From positions 4,915,638-4,979,637 of the forward strand of contig NC_068990.1 of NCBI RefSeq assembly GCF_001194135.2: a stretch of DNA of 64,000 bases, written 5' to 3'. This stretch comes from Octopus bimaculoides (lineage: Eukaryota). The position numbers and the translations under genes were made by a program. Each line of letters begins with the position of its first letter. Within the stretch, counting starts at the first letter, position 1. Below, piece after piece: positions 37,525-50,396 of this stretch. The notes beneath the pieces are model-generated. The model did not search any database, was not told where the DNA came from, and saw nothing but the letters and a program-made list of their open reading frames with translations.

Positions 37525-38190
37525 TGAAATATGTAATCTTGACAGAAAAATATGAAAATTATCGACAATGCATAGAATGCACCACCCTAAGGCAGATATA
37601 GAATGATTTTACCTGCCAAGAAAAGAGGGTGGCTGTGGACTTTTACAACTGGAATTAATGAAGATTGCCACAATTGGCCTAAACACCTACCTGAAAATCT
37701 CTGATGACTGAATATTAAAACGTGTTTTAAAGCATGAAAACAAGAAAGCATCATACTCAGACCAGATGTCGGAAACCAGACGTTGTCATGGTGAATAAAA
37801 AAGAAAGAACAAGCATAATAATCGAAATAGCATGTCCTGGTGACGACAGGATCAAAGAGAAAGACGAAAAACTGAACGACTACGACAATTTGAAGTGGGA
37901 AATACGGTGGTTGTGGTCAATGGGGAGAGAAGACGTGGTATCAATAGTAACGGATGCACTTGGAAGTATCGGCACTCAACTACCAATATGGCTCAAAAAG
38001 ATTGGTACATATGTAAAGGTAGAACATCTACAAAAGTCAGCATTGCTTGGAACTGCAAGCATTCTTTGCGGGGTTCTCGAAGCATGACCAGTAAATAAGT
38101 TCCACCTAATCTGCTGGCTGTGGCAGCTGACACTTTCCATCACACCCAGCAAAATAAGCTGTGAGTTTTCATTAAATAATAACAACCACA
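37525..38190 (+). mobile_element. Third R4/Dong-like element, internally deleted, with an open RLE domain
   Basis: MHRMHHPKADIE*FYLPRKEGGCGL, then ORF 37734-38087 KPDVVMVNKKERTSIIIEIACP...EK...W...ALG...LQKSALLGTASIL (PD-(D/E)xK-type RLE). Confidence 0.88.
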
Positions 38191-39539
38191 ACAAATAAAT
38201 AAATATAAAATTGATTTACCTTACATATTTTTACTGGCAGCAAGTGAAAGCATGTCAAACATATCAATTGCATATCTTTTATATAAAGAATCATACTAAT
38301 GCTTAATAGATGGAATCCATGAAGGCAATAAGTTATCAAATTCAATACATTATTCAGACCACATAATGTGGTAGCAGTTGTGGTGATTTTAGCATTCTAA
38401 ACAATACCACAAAGATAACCAATCTAACACATTTGGGGGTAATACAAATCCAAAATGCCAAATATAGGCTGTGAATATGTATTCAAGTTTACTACTTGTA
38501 GTTGCCTTATCATCCTCAAGTGATGTAAAGATAATTTTGCATAAGGAGAATTAAAATGTTAAACTGTCGTATGGTTTATCAACTGTCTCATCTTGCATTA
38601 TCTTCTCCATAGGGCTGTGAGGCAGCTTCTTTACCTTTGGATACAATTTTTCTTCATTTTCAGTTATCAGGAAATATTTTGAATTGCTAATGAAATGATA
38701 CAATTCTTTTGCATTCTGCTTTTAGTGTTATGTAGGGTGATAATGCAAACGGCTTCTGTTTTACTCTATGATACATAAATGCAGTTAGATGATAACCTTT
38801 CAGTTGACAATGGGTTACACTAAGCCAAGTATATGCTGAAGTAAAGCAAATGAAAAGCTAGTTTATAACTAGCTTTTCATAATAGTCACTTATTGATAAT
38901 GAAAATCTTTCCACATAGAAAGTAAGAAATGAATACTGCTTTGTTATTTTCTCACACAACTTCATTCTAGAATTTGAATTCACTGATGGAATCAAATTGA
39001 TATTACAATGAACAAAATAATCTTCAAAAATATTCAACAAAGACTTGAATAAAAATAATGTAATTTCAAAACTGTTCAAAAGAATTTCTAAATTTTATGT
39101 TCAAATGTTTATGAACAAACATCTTATGAATCAAATAACATTTCAAATTTCATGTTTCACCTTGTAAAAAGAAATTATATACATGCATCTGACATCTAGA
39201 AGTAAGTGTGTGTATTGTATGTGTTTGTGTGTATGTGTACGTGTGTGCACGTGTGTATGTGTACGTGTGTGCATGTGTGTGTGCATGCATGTGTGAGTAC
39301 ATATATATGTTTGTGTGCATGTAAGTGTGTGTATGAATGTATGTGTGTGTTCCATATTTGTGGCTAGATTTAATATGGGAAACATTATTTTCCCTAATTC
39401 TTGACCCTTTGAAAATGAAGCTTACTGCTAACGGAAAGTACAGAAAGAATAAGGCTGTTATTTAAATTTTAAAAATATGTTTCTTGCTTTCAATAAACAA
39501 AGAATGATATATATAAACTTGAAGAAATCGATCCTATAT

Positions 39540-40030
39540 ATATAATGGTGTGTCTTACAGGAGGTAGAATCTCCTCATCTACGATGCATTGGCCTTCTCC
39601 AATCTCCTCTATGAAGCAGAAGTGTTGCCCCTCTTGAAGACCCTGGCAAAGAGGATTGACGGCTTTGATAGCAAAGCTCTGAGAACCATAGAGAATATCA
39701 GATAGTACTATCACGTTTTCAACAAAGAACTGTTTGTGCACACAAGTCAGGCTGCAGCTTCCTACTTCATTGCTATCAGTTGCATGTCATCTGTCTCCTA
39801 CTAGATCATCCTACCAGGGCTTTACTGTTATTTGACATAGCAACTGCAGGCTGGAAGAGGTCTTGTGGCATTCCCTACACCAAATAGCTGGATGTGATTG
39901 CAGAAGATCTCCAGAAGCTCAATGTCACCTTGGAGGATGGTCAGCTCTATGCATGATGATATCTCTGGGACCTCTAGCCTGGGATGACCCCAGCCTCAGC
40001 TAGCAAGAGCATGAAGAAAACAAGCAAATG
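39540..40030 (+). mobile_element. Degenerate RTE LINE 3' fragment
   Basis: LYEAEVLPLLKTLAKRIDGFDSKALRTIENIR and WKR...LDVIAEDLQKLNVTLED resemble the RTE C-terminus. Confidence 0.7.
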
Positions 40031-41873
40031 ATAATATGTTCTTGAATTAATTTTACTTGTTGTTACTTTGTATCCCTTAACAACAAAGATAACTTTTCTT
40101 GCCTTTCATTGATAACAGATGCCATTCCTTCTTACAGAAAAGATTTATCCAGCTGTAAACATCTATTTAATGGAAATCTTTACATTTATTTTAGTATGGA
40201 AAAGAAAAAAAATGTAAATCAATTAAATAATTTAGCAACATGAATTATAAACAGTTCCCTTTTTTGAAGAAATGCTGGAGCAAATTTCAGATGCATTTAA
40301 ATGCTTATATAAATGGTAAATCACTGCCAATAGTGAATGGATGACTAAAATATACACGAAAAATATGTAATTTGCCTCAGTATATCAGTTTTTAGGAATT
40401 GGTAATTTGAAGAACTTATCAGTGATTGCTATTGCAAATGAATTCACATACACTATGTTTGGTTTCATATAAAAATGATTTATTGTTCACATAAGGTAAA
40501 ATATATTCACTATATACTCAATAACAACAGGATTTGCCACAAAACCAAGCATAGCAATATCTAACAAACAAAACAATTATCAGAAAGGAATACACATTCT
40601 AAACTTTAACATTGAATTACTGTGAGTAATACATAAAAATATCTTAACTTCTGCTGATCAACAATTATGTTGTATAAACTGACTTCATATGTGATATCAC
40701 ACAAAGAATACATAACTCTAGGTTATAATAGCTATTTCACACAAAAAGGTACCTTACCTATAATGAAATGACTTCACAGAATGAAGGTTGCATCTAAGCT
40801 GAAGAGAAATTCTGAACTCTGCAATTCTTTATAAGAGATTTATATTCTATCAGTGAGAATATAATTAAAACGAACTGAAGTCTGAATGTATATGTGAAAC
40901 CCATTAAGTCTAGGAGCCACTACAACAGATATAGCCTCTTGCCTAGTATCTAGTGAATACTGTATATCATCTTGTTGAAAGATAAATTCTCAATGATCAT
41001 TAACTGTTTTTGAATTTTCAGAATGTTTTTAGGTAAAGTAGTTTAATAACAAGTATATATGTGCTTATGTTTACTGGAATTGCATTAAAAAATATGAAGA
41101 AAAATGCACTATTCTAAAACTTCAAAGAAATTTTTATGATATCTAAAATAATGAACTTGAATCCTATTGTCAGAACTCTAAGCTTTTCAATGATGCAAAG
41201 GGTTGCATCATAGACTGTTGACTACTGAACAATCCATCTTTATCAAGAATGATATAGTTATAGATATAAGAGACATATGTAAGTAAAAGGTCTGATTGAT
41301 AGCAAAAATAACTCACCATGATACCCTGTATAAGTCAAAGAAGCTATTCTCAATTCTGTTTTTCTTAAAGAATGAAGAATATATCATGTATTTTATTTAT
41401 GTAGAGATCTCAACTCTCAGGTACCAAATAAATACTCAAAGTGAAAACATACATCTATGGTTTTTTTTTAGTAAAGATTTTTTTTGTTTTTATACAGACA
41501 TGCTTCTTGGTTAAATCGATCAGTTCTAGTGAGACAAGATGCACAAAAAAAATTTCAGGCAATCATATTCAGATTAAAATTGCTTTTGATTTAAAATATT
41601 TTGCATCAAATACAAATTCAGAATTTACTAAAACCAAATTATTTATTTAAACTTTGCACACATAACTTTTGAAAACAGTTTATAAAAATATTAAATATTT
41701 AAATTAAATTCAGGTTTATATTTAATGAAACAGAATCAAACAGTGAGTTTTGATTCTCTGTTTTATAAGTAATTTTCCTACACTAGTTAAATATGTAGAA
41801 ATAGTTTTTTCAAATATTAGAGAATTAAGTAAAAGCACTACGTTACTGAATTTTGAATGAAATTTTTTCTTCT

Positions 41874-42077
41874 ATAGGCACAAAACCTGAAATTTTGAAG
41901 GAGGGGACAGTTGGTTACATCAACCCCAATACTTGATCAATACTCTTTTTTATCAACTTTGAAAGGATGGAAAGTAAAATAGACCATGGTGGTATTTGAA
42001 CCCAGAACATAAAGCTGGGAGAAATGCTATCAAGCATTTTGTCGGGTGTACTAATGATTCTGTCAGCTCACTGCCTT
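41874..42077 (-). mobile_element. tRNA-derived SINE (24104 family)
   Basis: The reverse complement reads aaggcagtgagctgacagaatcattag...gggttcaaatacc...tttccatcctttcaaagttgataaa...aggttttgtgcctat. Confidence 0.75.
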
Positions 42078-44817
42078 AATTTTGAATAAAATATTTGGAA
42101 AGCCATTGGTATATTACTTTTTAAGTGGACTATTAAGTATAAACAAATAAATCCATCCATAAAATGCCATTTTCGTGTAAGATGTCATCATCAGAAAATT
42201 CATGTGAATTGTAGCACATTTAGAGACTCACTCAGAATCTTGCCTCAACATTAAGGTTACAGATAATTCATTTGTAGATTATTCTTCTGATTGTGTGATT
42301 TCATAGATCTGAAGGTCCCTTAACCAGGCTGAGCTAACCATTTCACCAAGTGTTGTTATGGCTGTTTGAACTCTCTGGATAATAGCCAAAGTCACTCTGA
42401 CATCTCATCTGACTAGCATGGTATTACGTGCAGCAGTAATTCTTTCTTCCTCTTCCCTCCCTCCTCTCTATTGCCCAGTAGAAGTAAAAATTTAAATATT
42501 TTTAGAATTTTAGAAAGTGGCAGCACAGTGTAATTGAAATTTTGAATTAAATATTATAAAGCCATTGGTGCATTAATTCTTAAATGCACTGTTTATTATA
42601 AACAAATAATCCATCCACAAAATTAGATTTTGGTGTAACGCTCCCTCATTATAATTCCTATGTATTCTAGTCTGTCTAAGGGATTCATTAAAAACCTCAC
42701 TGCAATGTTTAGGTTGCAGATAAACCATTTGTGCATCCCTATTTGCATATCTAAGAAATGAAGCATTTTGCAAGGTAATTGAAGAAAGTCAGAGGTTAAT
42801 ATTTTGAAGTTAAATTACATTGAGCTTCCAGTATTAGTAGCTAGAGTAGCAGCAAGTATAACTAGACAACTGGGTCAAAAATTAGACTTTCTTTGATTTG
42901 GTATATTCTGAGTCTCAATAGGTTAAAAGCAAATAGAATTTCTAACTGAAGTTTATTAAAATAAAATCAATCGTCTTGTAACCTTCAGCAGATTATTAGG
43001 TCATTAATAAAGATTTTGCCAATATGTAGTGTGTAAAGGGCAAGCCAATAAGGAGAACTGTATTCTTTCTAGACAATTGATAAAATCTGGAAAGAGCTAA
43101 AAATCAACCAAAATAACTGGTTATCACTGGTGTGAAGAATGAGTAAACTGAAGTGGCTCAAGTGAAAAGTATACGTGTCATAAACTTGCATTACCAAAAG
43201 TTTGTTATTCACACTTGTAGTATGTCATATTTTGACATACTCATGTCATAGTATCTTTAATTAATTTATTAACATATAATTGTCTTCTTTGGTAGATATA
43301 TTGTTTTAAGTTGTTAACAGTCTTTTGCTTGTAATGTGATTGGTCTGGAGAAAATGAAAAAAGCAAAGTAATATTTACTAAGATAGAACCAATGAAAAAA
43401 GAAGTTGTGACTTCTATTCCCAAAAGCAATATCGCTGTCACTTGTGTTGCAACCAATTTCATTGGAGAATAAAAAGAAACAAAAAGAAGGTTACTGGCCT
43501 GAATTACCATGAAAATAGCAACAGCAATAACAGAATATTTCAAAAGGTCTATGTGGTCTAGGGAAAGTAGTAATAATGATGAATACATCAACAATAGCAG
43601 AGAGCAACTACATTTTGTTAACACATATAGCAGCAATGTCAGTGACTTGAAAACAAAAGTGAAAATACAAGCTTTTGAAAAACATAAATTGCTGTGAAAA
43701 CTTATCGGAATGCAATCAGCAAAAATTGCTCATTTTTTTGTTTGAGAATAATGAAATATTGATTTCTAATATAACTACAAACCTTAGAGTCATCAAAGAG
43801 AAGTAATGAAGGAACTTGAGTTCAGGACAGAACATGAAACAGTGATGTGATAACATATTGACAGAAAGCAACAGTTTCTCAACAAAATAGAATCTAGCTT
43901 CATTATAGTGAAGATATACTTCCCAGGTACACAGTGAGTAATACTTGAGCTAAACTATAAAGCCCTTTCTTTTAATAAAAATTTCTTATAACAATTTATA
44001 GAATTCTGGGGAAAGCTCTTAAAAAGTTATATAAATCACAGATAATATCCACTTATTCTAAAGGTCAAGAAATTAATAGTAATTAATTTTTATGAATGCA
44101 AAAGTAAATTAGTTTGATTATCATTTGAATAATCATTTTAATTGTTACTTTTTTCCTAAAAATACCTTCAGAAAGGCAAACCTTGCTAACCCCACATTTT
44201 GAAGTCCAGCAGAGTGATCAACTCTGGAATATTATGGAAAAGATATATAAGTCTTTCTTTGGATAGAATCCATAAATTGAAGTACATTTTATGAATCTTT
44301 CAGTCTTGAAAGATTTTTAACGATAAAATATTTACTTGTCTCTGAAACTAAGTGAAGAATAGTAATATTTGCAAATTTAAAAACTTCTAACAAATTGTTT
44401 AGCCTTTTTCTAATCTAATAAACTTTCAGATTTCAAGAATAATGTTTCTCCTGTTTATTTTAGAAAATATATTCATTGGTATATAGTCTATTGATACATG
44501 ACAAAAACTTTGGGTAGATGAAGTAAAGTTTCATTAAAGTTGTAAGAAAGTCTTAAAAGGATCTAAAATATTTTGATTTATGATTGAGCATGCAGAAACA
44601 ATCTATGAAGTGACATCAAGGTCATTAATATTTTATGAGATTCAAACAGATGGAATGTGTTTCAGGTAATTCTAATAGAATTCAATTAGTTATATGTTCT
44701 ATTTCATTAGTTCCAAGTTTAGGAAACAAATTCAAATTAACAAATAATTATACATAAAATGACTTACTTTTCATTAACATTTTATCAATAGCTCTCACAT
44801 TAAGATACCTAATCCTT

Positions 44818-45486
44818 GACGATTGCGCTGGTATGGACATGTGGTGAGAATGGAGGAGGATAGCTGCGTGAAAAAGTGCCACACCCTAACAGTTGAGGGA
44901 ACCCGTGGAAGAGGTAGGCCCAGGAAGACCTGGGCTGAGGTGGTGAGGCAAGACCTTCGTACATTGGGCCTCACCGAGGCGATGACTACGGACCGAGACC
45001 TTTGGAAATGGGCTGTGCGTGAGAAGACCCGGCAAGCCAAGTAAGATCGTTGCCAGTGCCCCTGGACTGGTTCTTGTGCGGGTGGCACATGAGATGCACC
45101 ATTTTGAGCGTGGCCGTTGCCAGTACCGCCTGACTGGCTCCTGTAGGATTTTCGAGCGAGATCGTTGCCAGTGCCCCTGGACTGGCTTNNNNNNNNNNNN
45201 NNNNNNNNNNNNNNNNNNNNNNNNNNNNNNNNNNNNNNNNNGGCTTGTGCGGGTGGCACATAAAAGACACCATTTCGAGCGTGGCCGTTTTCGTGCGGGT
45301 GACACGTAAAAGCACCCACTACACTCTCTGAGTGGTTGGCGTTAGGAAGGGCATCCAGCTGTAGAAACTCTGCCAAATCAGACTGGAGCCTGGTGTTGCC
45401 ATCCGGTTTCACCAGTCCTCAGTCAAATCGTCCAACCCATGCTAGCATGGAAAGCGGACGTTAAACGATGATGATGATGATGATGA
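44818..45486 (+). mobile_element. 5'-truncated young RTE LINE (ORF end, modular 3' UTR, (GAT)n tail)
   Basis: RLRWYGHVVRMEEDSCVKKC...GTRGRGRPRKTWAEVVRQDL...DRDLWK* (44820-45044). The 3' UTR differs from the 10735 copy at 1 of 216 nt. Confidence 0.95.
45189..45241. other. Assembly gap in the RTE 3' UTR repeats
   Basis: N run. Confidence 0.99.
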
Positions 45487-45594
45487 ATGTTTTATTAATT
45501 CTAGTTTTTGGGGATTTTTTTTGCCTTTTTTGTTTTTTAATAAACGCATACAAACATTATGCACTTATTAAATTTTAGTAGAAATTTAGAATTA

Positions 45595-46512
45595 CAGGGT
45601 GTTCTAACTAAATTTGACAATTTTTTTTTTAGGAACAGCTTGATGTATTGGTGAACAGTCAACGGCATTGGACAGCATCATGATTAAAGTTGTCATTCAG
45701 AAATAGTTAGCTGATATGGAGAATTGGAAGCCATCTAAATATTGGAGAAGAGTTACCTATATCAAGAAAATTTGAGCTGGGTGCCAAAATGTTGACATGA
45801 CTGCTCAATGCTCTGTAAATACTGTAACAGCTGTAAGACATAATGTGGACAGTTGTAGAGACATTATGTAAGACATTATGTGGACAGAGACTACGAAGCC
45901 ATGGCCAGCAGCAATGGCCACAGCAAGTGTGCTGACTGTATTAAAATTCCTGAAGTCATCCAGCAACTTCAGGAACAGAGCCTTAAACTCAACTCAGATG
46001 GTTATGTAAAGCTGCTGGAGATTGTGGTCAAACCGTTGCTGGAGAAGGCTGCTAATGCAAGGCAATATGTGTGGTAGTAGGATTCAGCTCCTTACCATAC
46101 TTCCAGAAAGAGTCAGAAATGGTTGTCAGAGAATTTCTATGACTTCATCAGCCCCAATTTCTGGCCTCCTAATTCCCTTGGTTATAATCTTATGAACTAT
46201 TATGCATGGGGCATGGTTGAGAAATACACCAACCTCTCTGCCTGTAACACCAAGGCTGAGCTGGCAGCCAAGATCAAGGAAGTGTTCAAAGATCTTCCCA
46301 GGGACACAGAGAGAGTAATGCTTGCATCAGCTTCTGTAGCTGACTAGCTGACTTGAAGCCATGGTGGAAGCTGAGGGTAGCTACTTTGAGTAAACTGTTA
46401 TCTTCCACTCATAGTTGATAGTCTTTTTCTTTTAAATACTTTTGTTTTGGGATGGGATGTTGTGTTTTCTTTTCCTTTTACACAAACTCTCAAATCTGTC
46501 CTGAGCACCTTG
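45595..46512 (+). mobile_element. Decayed DD37D (maT-type) Tc1/mariner element
   Basis: TA flanks (45593-94, 46513-14); ends cagggtgttc.../...gagcaccttg. Transposase pieces YVW*QDSAPYHTSRKSQKWLSENFYDF...WPPNS...NLM(N)YYAW, with 37 residues between the second D and the mutated third acidic site. Confidence 0.85.
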
Positions 46513-47660
46513 TATAAATTCTCATAATTCTATTCCAAATAATGTATTATCATAATATTATTGTCTATTCTTTATTTTAAAGGCCAAAGATGAAACACAT
46601 AATGGACCAGGATACAGGGAGTTTAAACTCGGTACGTAAAGAACCAAAAAAGAGTGAGCGCTTGTATAAGGAAAATAAACATGATAGACCAGATTCATCA
46701 CCAGTAGGTTACATTTGTCTGTTATGAATTTGGTGCATTTATCAATCCTGTTCTATAGAGAACTTGAAAGGAAGAAAGAAACCAGGAAGAGAGAGAGAGA
46801 AGACAAACACTAGTATTACCAGCTGGCTACTTAAATCTAGGACCAATAACTTAAAACTAGGACCCAATAAGTTATGCCTGTAGGCATTATACCATTTAAC
46901 CATTTTACGTCCATCGGTATATTTTCAAAATGCAAGAAAAAATAGGTTGAAATATTGTTTGGATTGCTATTAATCCTTTTACATTCTCATAAGGATTTCT
47001 GCTTTGGCACTAAATCCAGTTTTAAGAAGACTTGATCATAGAAACTAAACACTATAACTAAGTAATAAAGATTATCTAAAAGGAAGGTAATACTAATATA
47101 GCATCAAACTGCATGAGAATTTTAAGTATAAGAAAATACTTAATAAAAGTTGTGTTAAGATATGCATAATCAAATACTAATAGTTTTATTAAATTCCTTT
47201 TTACTTAATAAACATATAGACTGTGTTTGTGTCATCATACTATCCATACAAGCCCCTCTAATAAGCATTATCTAGGTTATCACCTAATTGTCTAATTCAT
47301 GTGTGAAACCAATTGGTTAAATCAGCTGGAATGGATTTACAGTACTGTATGGTATAAAGATTAACACACACACACACACACACACATATATACATATATA
47401 CACACACACACACACACACAGATTAATTGATTTATAGATCAATATATGCATACATATACTTACACTGACAGACGGATCTACGTGTACATTTTCTTTTATT
47501 GCTCTCATTTTTTCTTTCCCTCCCCTACATGTTTTCCTTGTCTATCTTATGTTTTGAGAAAGCACTTAACATCAAAGACATTTCCCCTTTCTTAATCATT
47601 CACTGTTCTTATTTTTATCAGACACACGCGCGCACACACACACATACACACGCACGCGCA

Positions 47661-47701
<41 letters not shown>

Positions 47702-48452
47702 GTGTGCACACAATTTATAATAGGGATAATGAGTCAACAAATGACTAAAGTTGATATTAAAATTGGTCAGAAGTTTTAGGTTGAAATTCTTCATGTTGTT
47801 TTTTTGGGGGGGGTTTTCTTTGCATTCTGAGAAAAACATTTTGCTATTTAAGAAAGAGTGTGGCTAATTATGGAAAAGAGGCACCAGTTTATTCTAGACG
47901 GCCTTGTTTGATGCAATCCACTATTAAACATAATTGATAGAGAATTCATGTCTGACCAAATTTGCAATGACATTCAATTTATATTAGATTAGAATTATTG
48001 AACTAAAATAGAAGTCAAAATAATTGAGATTATTCTTTTAATTAATGCCAAAAATAATATTTTGAAGTAAAACAAAATATGACAGACACTTCGGAAATGA
48101 GTAATTGATTGTTACACTTTTCTTTTCAAATATGCTACAAAATACACATTAATTAATTAGCTCTCTTACTATAATGATATTTGCATATGTTTATTTGCAT
48201 AGGTCTTATTCTTTAATTAAATAGTGTGACAGTATTTTTCAATATTATTAAGAGTCTGTTGAGTAAATTCTTGAAAATCACATTCAATAGCAGATAATGC
48301 ATGCACCATTTGTTAAATAAAATATATGAATAAGGACTAGCTGATGATAACATTCTTAGATTACTGGCTTAACAAAATTATATTTATCTGAAAGATAACT
48401 TGGAAATATATTGCAATCTGAAGATTAGGAAAATGTTTATTCATGTCATTCA

Positions 48453-48803
48453 GGTGCAGGCATGGTTGTATGGTAAAAAAAAGTTTTGGGTTCAGTCCTA
48501 CTGCATGGCTTCTTGGGAAAGTTTTCCACTTGAGCCTTGGGTCAATCAGAGCCTTGTGAGAGTATATGGTAGGCCTATCATGTGTGTGTCTCTGTTTCTT
48601 TGTCTTGATATCATGTAATAGTTGTGAGAGTCATCATCAAGTGGTGTCATTCATTTCCAGCCTTTCAGAAAAATATACCTGGCTGAAAGGAAATATTACT
48701 TTACTGGAAGCAGAGGTGAGTTCGTGACATGAAGGGCATCCAGTCATAGAAATTCTGACTCATGCAAGCATAGAAAAGTGAATATTAAAGCGATGATGAT
48801 GAT
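48453..48803 (+). mobile_element. Degenerate tRNA-headed SINE with an RTE-type tail
   Basis: ggtgcaggcatggttgtatggtaa head, gggttcagtcc B-box-like, ending gaagggcatccagtcatagaa...ttaaagc(gat)n. Confidence 0.7.
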
Positions 48804-50396
48804 TTACTGAAATAGGTTTCTTCCCCTAAGAGTAACCTTAGAGACTAGTTCTATACTTTATATAAATACTATATTTAAATATAACTAAATCTTCATGATT
48901 TTTCTTCGCTTTTATCCTGCTGCTTTGATTCATATGTAAAACCAAGCTATTGGCATCTTTTGAAGTCACACTGGCACCTTATACAATTGGTGAGGATAAT
49001 GGCAATTTCAGTTGTCCAACAAAGGGACATTATGGACAATCTTTTAGAAGTGTGGAGCTATAAAAAATGGTTAAGAACACCTACTGTGTTTTAAACTTCC
49101 GTAATTTCAATGTAATTATTGAAGCAATTCATTTATATGTTTGTAAAGATAGTTATTTGTAGTTTAGATTTATATAAGATGCATCTCTTTCTTTCTCACT
49201 CTCTCTATCATTCTCCCTCTCATTCTCTCTCATGATGAATTCTTAAACAAATCAATTTTACGCTGTTAATTGAATTCCTGCATGAAGGAAATGCCTCCAT
49301 AATCATTCACTTAGAATGGCCGAATTCACTATTCTTCTCCATTCCTTCTCTTGTGAATGATAATTGCATAAATGATATTAATCCTACACAACAGAAGTAC
49401 TTCATTCATAGTAATACACACAGAGATTGCATAATAAGATTGTATAAGTAAAGTGAAATAAAAAGTAGATTTATAACTTATAAACTAGAAAGTGATAAAA
49501 CTATAAATTGTGTCCAACATTTTTAACACAAGCAGCATAAAGAATAGATACTAAATTATTATGCCAATCATATTTATAAAAATGTTATATCAAAATTTGA
49601 AAATGGATTTGTAACATTTTGTTTGAAGAGGGAAAAAAGAAAGAAATACTCAACTGAATCAAGCCAAGTATCATACTGATACGTACTTCGAAGACCCAGG
49701 AAAAATTCTTTTCAAAAATTGACCCAATAGAATTTGAAACTGAATGTTATAATGATATATTATAAAATTGATTTAAAAAAAAACATAAAGTATCAGATAA
49801 GTGTAATATTTTAATTAGTATAAAATTTCTCTCTTTAACATTTCATAGCAATGAATACTTATTAATGACTTCAAATTATCTTCTGGTATTATTTAAGAAT
49901 GTATTTGGCATTTCCTAGTGCAATATATTTATACATACATACACATAAATATATGTTCTCAGTAAAAATTTAGCGACACAACAGACTGTAAAAGGGCAAG
50001 ACAAATGAAAAAATACTAAATAAAAAAAAAATTTAAAAAAAACGATTAACCTACGTACCATGGTTTCACCTGTTAAAATTTACATAAGTAAATATCTGCA
50101 GGATTGTCAGCGTAGTCTGTCGATTTGCGATGTAATTTCCAGAACTAGACACAGGACGTCCAACCGAAAGGGAGCACGTGTAGAGGTCTACAAATTACAT
50201 TCAGTGTATCCTTTCAAATGTCTTCAATCTGGCGCGCTAAGTCCGGAAATAATTCTGCAGTTAATAAATTTTTGCAGCTAATTTACTGGTTTGAGAACAT
50301 TATTGTATAAAAATTTATTTATGAAGCTAGAAATTGATATTAATCAATTTGAACCAGTGGTCTAGCATATTAAAAAAAAATCCGAAGATTAAAATT

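Noticed and set aside
3176-47839. Many short ORFs rich in YI, CV, HT, ER or LS dipeptides
   Set aside because: They are translations of (TA)n, (TG)n, (CA)n and (GA)n microsatellites.
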